From positions 1 through 51,136 of IMG/VR virus record IMGVR_UViG_3300048861_000266: DNA of 51,136 bases; one strand, written 5' to 3'. The position numbers and the translations under genes are program-made. Numbering within the stretch: position 1 is the stretch's first letter; each line of letters opens with the position of its first letter. The notes beneath the pieces are model-generated. The model saw only the letters and a program-made list of their open reading frames with translations. It ran no database searches and had not been told where the DNA came from. This document shows, one piece after another, positions 44,897 to 51,136 of the stretch. The DNA is from a virus. Lineage: Duplodnaviria; Caudoviricetes.

Positions 44897-46363
44897 ATGC
44901 CTCTATCAATCGAAATCGAGGGGCTGCGGCTTTCCACCGGCGTGACGGAGAAGCTTTACTTCGCCACGGCCGGCTACACCACTACGCCGAGCGACACCCC
45001 GCCCAACATCTTTTTCGAGCCGCGCATCAAGACGGCGCCGACGTTGGGGAGGGTGATCTTCGATTCGGCGGCCGTCTACGGCGCCAGCCGCGCGACGGCC
45101 GGCAATGTGGACCTGGTGAATCAGGACGGCGCGCTTGATCGGCTCATCACCGATTACGCATTCGAAGGTCGGCCGTTCGTCGTGAAATCGGGCGAATGGT
45201 CGGCCGGCTATGCGGGCTGGACGGTAGTAATGAGCGGGACGCTGGGCAGCGTGGGCACGAGCAAGAACATCGTGTCGTTCGTTATCCGCGACCGTCTCGT
45301 CGACCTGGATACGTGGACGCGGCCGACTTACGCCGGCACGAACGTGCTCCCAGCCGGGCTGGAGGGTACGGCCGACGATCTGAAGGGGCAGACCAAGCCG
45401 CGCGGCTACGGGCGCTTCATGAACGGCACGCCGAAGCTGGTGAATACGTCCAAGCAGATCTATCAGGCGAGCGACCAGGCCGGCACGGTCACGGCTGCTT
45501 ATGACCTGGGCGTGCTGCTCACGCGGGGCGCGGATTACACCAGCCTTGCAGATCTGGAGGCGACTGCGCCGGCGGCCGGAGACTTCCGGTGCTTTCAGGG
45601 TTACTTCCGCATCGGCAGCAGCCCCAGCGCTATCACCTGCGATTTCGAAACGGCCGAAGTGCGGCCCGCCTATCTCCTGCGCCAAATCGCGCTCGATGCC
45701 GGTATACCGGCGTCGGATATTTCGGCAGACCTTTTGCCGAACACCTCACCCGTGGGCGTGTTCGCCGATGCTGACGCAACGCCGCGCCAGCTCATGGACA
45801 TGATCGCTTCGTCCGTGGGCGCCTGGTACATGTTCGACCGGCTCAACAAGCTGCGCATGGGCGTGATCGTCGCGCCGAGCGGCCCGCCGGTGGAAACCTG
45901 GACCGTTAGTCAGGCGATTACCGCCGAGATCAAGAGCTATATCGCCCCGTGCTGGAAGGTCACCCTGCGCTACGGCAAGAACTACACCGTGCAAACCCGG
46001 CTGGAGACCTCGGTCAGCATCTCGCCGCGCGCGGGCTTCCTGGCGGAAGAGTTCCGGACGGCAACACATGAAGACGCCACGATAAAGACGGCCTGGCCCA
46101 ACGCCATCGAATTGACCTTCGATTCTTACTTGCTCAACGAGGCGGACGCAACGGCAGAATGCACCCGCCTGTTCGCGCTGTACGGCGTTCCGCGCACGTT
46201 GGTGAGCATGACCATGCCGCCGGCAGAGATCGGCGCGGCGGATCTGAACTCGGTTGCCCTTGCCGACCAGCCGCGCTATGGCCTGGCTAGCCGACCCTTG
46301 CTAGTTACGGGGATAGACCCCGGCGCCGGGCCGAATCTGGCCGAAATTGTTCTCTGGGGGTGA
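44897..46363 (+). CDS. Tail tip/hub protein
   Basis: Directly follows the tape measure gene. Confidence 0.7.
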   Translation: MPLSIEIEGLRLSTGVTEKLYFATAGYTTTPSDTPPNIFFEPRIKTAPTLGRVIFDSAAVYGASRATAGNVDLVNQDGALDRLITDYAFEGRPFVVKSGEWSAGYAGWTVVMSGTLGSVGTSKNIVSFVIRDRLVDLDTWTRPTYAGTNVLPAGLEGTADDLKGQTKPRGYGRFMNGTPKLVNTSKQIYQASDQAGTVTAAYDLGVLLTRGADYTSLADLEATAPAAGDFRCFQGYFRIGSSPSAITCDFETAEVRPAYLLRQIALDAGIPASDISADLLPNTSPVGVFADADATPRQLMDMIASSVGAWYMFDRLNKLRMGVIVAPSGPPVETWTVSQAITAEIKSYIAPCWKVTLRYGKNYTVQTRLETSVSISPRAGFLAEEFRTATHEDATIKTAWPNAIELTFDSYLLNEADATAECTRLFALYGVPRTLVSMTMPPAEIGAADLNSVALADQPRYGLASRPLLVTGIDPGAGPNLAEIVLWG

Positions 46364-46364
46364 T

Positions 46365-47222
46365 GTGGGAAATGTGACTTTTATCTATCCGTGCCTCACG
46401 GACAGCGCGGCGCTGACGCCTACCGGCGCGGCCTGGCAGATGCCGCTGGCCGCGCTTCAGGACCGACGGCTTTCGAAGGTGGCGCGCTCGGCCAATACGG
46501 CGCTGGCCAACACGGCGCTAAACGCCGATCTTGGCTCGCTGCAAACGATCGGCGGCATAGCGATCGTGCGGCACAACCTTTCGCTTTCTGCCACCTGGCG
46601 CGCGCGCGTGAGCGCAAACGCCGATATGTCCGACGCGCTCTACGACTCGGGCTGGCTGGAAGGGTGGGGCCGTATTTATGCCTTCGGCTCGCTGCCCTGG
46701 GGCTCGCCGAACTGGTGGGACGGGAAGATGCTCGAAAGCGCGCGCAAGAGCTACCCCGGCATGTTGGTGGACCTGATCCCAGAGCTAGTCGTTGGCCGGT
46801 ATTTGCGCATCGAGATCGCCGACGAGGCGAACGCCGACGGGTATGTCGAGCTAGGCAGGCTCTACGTGGGCGGCCTTTGGAGCCCGCAGATCAATGCGTC
46901 GTACGGCGCGTCGACGCAATGGAATACGGCCACAACCTCCGATCAGGCGATCGACGGTACCGAATACTTCGACCGCCGCGAAGGCCTGCGTTCTAGCTCT
47001 TTCAATATCGACCATCTCACCAACGCGGAGGCCTTCGGCCAGTTGTTCGAGATGCAACGGACCCTGGGCACCGACAAGCAGGTTCTTTTCATGATGGACC
47101 CAGACGACTCCGAGAACTTCCTTCGCACCTCGTATCTGGGGACATTCAAGAGCCTAAACCCAATCTCCTACCCTTCGTGGAATTCCTTTGCGGCGGGCTT
47201 CGAAATCAAGGAATCACGATGA
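46365..47222 (+). CDS. Tail tip protein
   Basis: Position; RYLRIEI.D....GYVELGRL. Confidence 0.7.
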   Translation: MGNVTFIYPCLTDSAALTPTGAAWQMPLAALQDRRLSKVARSANTALANTALNADLGSLQTIGGIAIVRHNLSLSATWRARVSANADMSDALYDSGWLEGWGRIYAFGSLPWGSPNWWDGKMLESARKSYPGMLVDLIPELVVGRYLRIEIADEANADGYVELGRLYVGGLWSPQINASYGASTQWNTATTSDQAIDGTEYFDRREGLRSSSFNIDHLTNAEAFGQLFEMQRTLGTDKQVLFMMDPDDSENFLRTSYLGTFKSLNPISYPSWNSFAAGFEIKESR

Positions 47223-47947
47223 GCAAAGTCGTATTGCCCAATGGGGAATTCAGCGACGACGGCAGTGCCGCGAACGACATGCGCGGCTACGGCTACATGG
47301 TCAATCTGTTGAAGATGGCCACGGGCCTTTTGATGGTCTGCGCGCAAGCGCTGGGCTATCGGGATGCAGCGGCGACTGCGGCAACGGCGGCAGCGGGATC
47401 GGTTGATGAAGCCGGCACGCGCGCGGCAGCAGCAGCGGGCAGCGCAACGACGGCCGGCACGAAAGCGGATGCCGCTGAGACTGCACGCGCCGCCGCTGCG
47501 GCCGCCGCGACCGGCGCGGTCACCGCACGCACTGGCGCCGAGACGGCCCAAGCCGCAGCCGAAGCAGCGGCCGAGGCAGCCATCGGCGTGGGCATCAACG
47601 ACACCGGTACTGGCATCGGCGTGACCGGCCAGGCCCGGTCGGCTGACTATCTGGCGAAGGACCATACGCCGGCCGTGCTGACGAGTAATCAGACCGTGGT
47701 GGCGGGCAATGGCTACCCGATGGATACCACGGCGGGCGCGCTCAGCCTGACGCTGCCGGCTGGTGCGGATGGCAACAAGTTCTGGACGGAGGAAATGAGC
47801 GGGAATGCAAAAACCAATCCCATCTCTCTGATTCCAAACGGCACAAACAAAGTCTGCGGCATCAACGACACGGTGACTATCACCAACCCGTTCATCCGCC
47901 TTTGTTTCGTCTTCAAATCTTCTATCAATGGGTGGGTTCTCGCATGA
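47219..47947 (+). CDS. Tail fibre proximal protein
   Basis: Ala-rich coiled segment and DTTAGALSLTLP domain. Confidence 0.65.
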   Translation: MSKVVLPNGEFSDDGSAANDMRGYGYMVNLLKMATGLLMVCAQALGYRDAAATAATAAAGSVDEAGTRAAAAAGSATTAGTKADAAETARAAAAAAATGAVTARTGAETAQAAAEAAAEAAIGVGINDTGTGIGVTGQARSADYLAKDHTPAVLTSNQTVVAGNGYPMDTTAGALSLTLPAGADGNKFWTEEMSGNAKTNPISLIPNGTNKVCGINDTVTITNPFIRLCFVFKSSINGWVLA

Positions 47948-49029
47948 CAGTTACTCTTCTTTCTCTTCTGGGTGGCGTCGGTGGCGCCGGTGTTGCGCCT
48001 CAGCTGTCGTGGTCGATTTTTTCATCTCGCGTCTTTACCGCTCCGCGCGATGGAAAGTATCGATGGACGGTGAGCGGAGCGGGCGCGTCTGGCGCGGCTG
48101 TCTCTGGATCTACCGGCACTGCCGCAGGGATTAATGGTCTTACCGGGGCGTCCGGTGCTGGGTATTCGCAGGCTGCAATAGAAATGAAGGCCGGGGATAC
48201 CGCTACCGTTGTCATGGGCGCTCCTGGCGCCGGCGTTTCCGTGACAGGCGGTGCGCTGGCAGGCAACCCTGGCGGCGTTACCACTGTGACCATTGGTGCT
48301 CGCGTGGTTACCGCAAACGGCGGTGGGGCGGGAAAAATAGGCGCTAGTGGTATAGCTGGTCCTGTCGGCGGAACGGCCACGGGCGGCGATGTCAATTTCC
48401 AGGGCGGTAGCGCGGGCAGTTCGACAAACAAGGGCGCCTCAGGTGGCGGCGCCGTCAACCCATACGGGGCCCCGCCGGCCAGCGTTTCTTCGGGCAATGC
48501 AACATTCGCTTCCGCTACAGGCGGTGCCTCGCCTGGCGGCAGGTCCGGCTCAGCCACGGCCCCGGGAACAACTGGGGGAGGGGGTGTAAGTGGGCCGTCG
48601 CCTGACGTGGCTACGAGTATTGGTGGGTTGGGTGGGGTCGACTTCTACGGCAAGGTCGCGGCGCTGGGTGTGCCGCCTGTCAACCCCAGCTTTCGGTACA
48701 TAAACGCTTTCGGAAGCCCCATTCTACTGATGGGGGGCGGCAGCTCTGGCGCCTATACCAACTCAGCTGACGCTGCGTCGCCCTCTTCAGCAAATTCCGA
48801 TGGTGGCGGATCGGGCGGCTCAGTGTGCAATGCCGGGTCCAACAGTGCCATTTCCGGTGCCGCAGGGATTTTTGCAGGATCAGGGGGGGCTTACGGCCCC
48901 GCATTGGCGGCCAGCGGAGTCCCTGGGTTTGGGTCAGGATCTGGAGCGGCTTGCTCGACAAACTCGGCGACCGCTGCAACGACCGCGACGGGTGGTGCGC
49001 CCATCGTTACTGTGGAGTTCATGGGATGA
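47944..49029 (+). CDS. Glycine-rich tail fibre / receptor-binding candidate
   Basis: GAGASG/GGGAG/GGSGG repeats; codon usage looks different from neighbours. Confidence 0.7.
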   Translation: MTVTLLSLLGGVGGAGVAPQLSWSIFSSRVFTAPRDGKYRWTVSGAGASGAAVSGSTGTAAGINGLTGASGAGYSQAAIEMKAGDTATVVMGAPGAGVSVTGGALAGNPGGVTTVTIGARVVTANGGGAGKIGASGIAGPVGGTATGGDVNFQGGSAGSSTNKGASGGGAVNPYGAPPASVSSGNATFASATGGASPGGRSGSATAPGTTGGGGVSGPSPDVATSIGGLGGVDFYGKVAALGVPPVNPSFRYINAFGSPILLMGGGSSGAYTNSADAASPSSANSDGGGSGGSVCNAGSNSAISGAAGIFAGSGGAYGPALAASGVPGFGSGSGAACSTNSATAATTATGGAPIVTVEFMG

Positions 49030-49385
49030 GCACCTACAAAATAACCGGCGATGCGCCCAACACCATCATCGCTGACGAAGCGTTCATGCTCGAACACTAT
49101 CCGGATGGCAATTACGAGTTGTTGGAGATCCCCGACACGCCGCCAATGCCGCCCGCCGTTCCGTATTCGGTGACCATGCGTCAGGCCCGGCTCGCGCTGC
49201 TGCGCGCCGGCCTGCTGGATGCCGTCGATGCAGCCGTCGCGGCGCAGGATGACGAGGCCAAAATCGAATGGGAATACGCGGCCGACGTGGAGCGTAGCAA
49301 TCCGCTGTTTGCGGAGCTGGCCGCGCAACTCAGCCTGACCGACGCGCAGCTTGATGACCTGTTCATCGTGGCCGCCACCTTCTAG
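49026..49385 (+). CDS. Tail-fibre-associated protein
   Basis: VTMRQARLAL...IEWEYA..VER...LDDLF..AA. Confidence 0.7.
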   Translation: MSTYKITGDAPNTIIADEAFMLEHYPDGNYELLEIPDTPPMPPAVPYSVTMRQARLALLRAGLLDAVDAAVAAQDDEAKIEWEYAADVERSNPLFAELAAQLSLTDAQLDDLFIVAATF

Positions 49386-49409
49386 CGCCCCGCACGCCCC
49401 GCCATCCAT

Positions 49410-49431
49410 GCCCGCCTTGAGCGGGCTTTTT
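49410..49431 (+). terminator. Intrinsic terminator
   Basis: GCCCGC-cttga-GCGGGC-TTTTT. Confidence 0.8.
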
Positions 49432-49453
49432 CATGCCCATAAAAAGTAGAGCC

Positions 49454-49831
49454 ATGACGCAAAGCTTCCCGCCTGACTCGGACGCCCGGCCACCCGGCCG
49501 GCCCGCACGCTGGCTCGACACCACGATCAGCTTGCAAAACTTGCTCGTTTGGATCCTCGGCGGCGTTCTCGCGCTGGGGTGGATGTCCTATCAAACCTAC
49601 ACGGGCATGACCGACAACATCAAGGAGTTGAAGGCCAGCGACAAGGCCCAGAACGACCACTTCACCCGTATCGAATCCGCGATGCAGGACCAGCGCTCTG
49701 ACACGCGCGAGCAACTGCGCAACATCGGCGCCGACGTGAAAGACCTGAGTTCAAAGCTGGATTGGTGGAAGGACCAGATGATCAACAACAGCGCCGGCAA
49801 CCGGCCCGAAACCCGAAAGTGGAGCAAATGA
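49454..49831 (+). CDS. Lysis-cassette membrane protein (one TM + coiled coil)
   Basis: Single TM then a heptad region; first gene of the lysis cassette. Confidence 0.65.
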   Translation: MTQSFPPDSDARPPGRPARWLDTTISLQNLLVWILGGVLALGWMSYQTYTGMTDNIKELKASDKAQNDHFTRIESAMQDQRSDTREQLRNIGADVKDLSSKLDWWKDQMINNSAGNRPETRKWSK

Positions 49832-50085
49832 TGACTTGGAGAATTCGACTCGCGGACAACTGGCGCGACCTGCACCGCAAGTCCACGGTGATCGCCGGGA
49901 CGACCTTCGCCGCGATCACGGGCTTTGGCCCCACGCTGTTGGACGCCTGGCATGCGCTGCCCGATGACCTGAAATCGGCATTGCCGGAGGGCACCGCGCG
50001 GTGGGTGTCGATGGCGGCCTTTGTGTTGATGATCGGCTTCCGCTACACCAAGATCGAGCGCGTGGCGCCGGAGGGCGGCCAGTGA
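49828..50085 (+). CDS. Holin
   Basis: Two TM segments, directly before the endolysin; tandem ATGATG start. Confidence 0.75.
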   Translation: MMTWRIRLADNWRDLHRKSTVIAGTTFAAITGFGPTLLDAWHALPDDLKSALPEGTARWVSMAAFVLMIGFRYTKIERVAPEGGQ

Positions 50086-50564
50086 GCAACTTTGACACGA
50101 CCATTGGCCGCGTCCTGGGCAACGAGGGCGGCTATGTCAACAACCCCGCCGACCCTGGCGGCGAGACCAATTGGGGTATCAGCAAGCGCTCGTACCCCAA
50201 CGTCGATATCAAGGCCCTGACGCGCGACGGCGCCAAAGCGATCTACCTGCGCGATTTCTGGAACCGCGTCAACGCCGACAAGCTGCAAGACGGCGTGGCC
50301 TATCAGCTTACGGACTTCGCCGTAAATTCTGGCATCGAGACGGCCGTGCGGTATTTCCAGCGCGCGCTAGGCGTGGCCGACGATGGGCACTGGGGGCCGG
50401 CCAGCCAGGCCGCCGCTGATGCCACCAGCGAGTCCGACCAGATCATGCTGTTGCTGGCCGAGCGGCTGGACTTCATGTCTCGCTTGAAAAACTGGGCCGA
50501 CGCCAGCCGTGGCTGGGCCCGGCGCATCGCCACCAATCTGCGCTACGGCGCCATCGACTCGTGA
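50082..50564 (+). CDS. Endolysin, glycoside hydrolase family 108
   Basis: NEGGYVNNPADPGGETNWGIS; C-terminal GWARR. Confidence 0.93.
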   Translation: MSNFDTTIGRVLGNEGGYVNNPADPGGETNWGISKRSYPNVDIKALTRDGAKAIYLRDFWNRVNADKLQDGVAYQLTDFAVNSGIETAVRYFQRALGVADDGHWGPASQAAADATSESDQIMLLLAERLDFMSRLKNWADASRGWARRIATNLRYGAIDS

Positions 50565-50571
50565 GGTTCTC

Positions 50572-50901
50572 ATGGAAGCACTGATCGCTTTAATCGGCCC
50601 CGCATGGCCGTATCTTGTCGGGCTGGTGGTCGGCATCGGCGGCGCCCTGTTCGGCTTCATCAAGGGCAAGTCGGCCGATGCCAAGGTCGCCCAGGCTGGG
50701 CAGAAAGTGGCGGAGGCCGACGCACGGGCGGCCGTGGCGAATACGCAAACCGCCCAGGTGCGCACCGGCGAGGCCCAGGCCAATGAAAAAGCGGCGCAAG
50801 CCGGCTCGGATGCCGCGCAGGAGCGCGCGAAGATCGACGCGGCGATTGCCGCCCAAACCTCGGAGGGAACCCAACATGACCTGGACCAATGGCGTAGGTA
50901 G
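50572..50901 (+). CDS. i-spanin (Rz-like)
   Basis: N-terminal TM plus Ala-rich coiled coil after the endolysin. Confidence 0.8.
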   Translation: MEALIALIGPAWPYLVGLVVGIGGALFGFIKGKSADAKVAQAGQKVAEADARAAVANTQTAQVRTGEAQANEKAAQAGSDAAQERAKIDAAIAAQTSEGTQHDLDQWRR

Positions 50902-51136
50902 CCTTGCCCTGCTGGCCGCGCTTGGCGGCTGTGGCGGTGTTCCGCCCGCGCCCGCTCCGGAGCCCCTGGTGCCGGAAGTGGTGACCAAGACGCGTATCGT
51001 GGATACGGGCTGCCAGTGGGTGAAGCCGATCTATCCCGCGCCGGCGGATATCATCGCGGATTCCACGGCGGCTCAGATCAACGGGCACAACGCCGCCGGC
51101 GTATCGCACTGCGGCTGGGTGGCGCCGAAGAAATAG
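50876..51136 (+). CDS. o-spanin lipoprotein (Rz1-like)
   Basis: Lipobox LGGC, Pro-rich, overlaps the i-spanin 3' end. Confidence 0.8.
   Translation: MTWTNGVGSLALLAALGGCGGVPPAPAPEPLVPEVVTKTRIVDTGCQWVKPIYPAPADIIADSTAAQINGHNAAGVSHCGWVAPKK

Larger units (their letters stand above)
1..51136. mobile_element. Temperate lambdoid siphovirus prophage (integrase to spanins)
   Basis: Canonical gene order int-xis-recombination-cI/cro-cII-replication-Q-terminase-head-tail-lysis; long tape measure and no sheath gene. Confidence 0.97.

Noticed and set aside
47360-47580. GCN-rich repetitive DNA
   Set aside because: Explained by the Ala-rich coiled segment of the fibre protein.
1-51136. CRISPR array, IS element, DGR or retron
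   Set aside because: No regularly spaced repeats, transposase or reverse transcriptase seen; no TR/VR pair near the fibre genes.

Overview
The window is a nearly complete temperate lambdoid siphovirus prophage running from integrase to spanins; no att sites are visible because it starts and ends at stop codons. It is GC-rich and probably from a betaproteobacterial host (inference from the RdgC-like gene and gene content). The left arm (minus strand) carries int/xis, a J-domain protein, an RdgC-FtsK-gamma fusion, SSB, an exonuclease, an ERF recombinase and a long, highly structured pL leader, interrupted by several antisense moron genes. The centre holds a cI/cro switch with recognisable operators and promoters, cI-linked envelope genes, cII, nin-like genes, O/P-like replication genes and a Q-like gene. 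The right arm has two atypical tRNAs flanking a D12-class adenine methylase, then terminase, portal, head, tail (with a -1 frameshifted chaperone), tape measure, tail tip/fibre and a GH108 lysis cassette. The most unusual signals are: two tRNA-mimic RNAs in the pL transcript (one with a Gly-GCC anticodon-like loop), a type I toxin-like peptide antisense to that leader, five CGGAU-loop hairpins before the scaffold and capsid genes, a signal-peptide-like leader on the capsid protein together with an HslV-like Ntn protease in the neck module, a sigma-54-type promoter on a moron, and one-strand KOPS polarity alongside a phage FtsK-gamma fusion. All calls are from manual reading; no searches were run.
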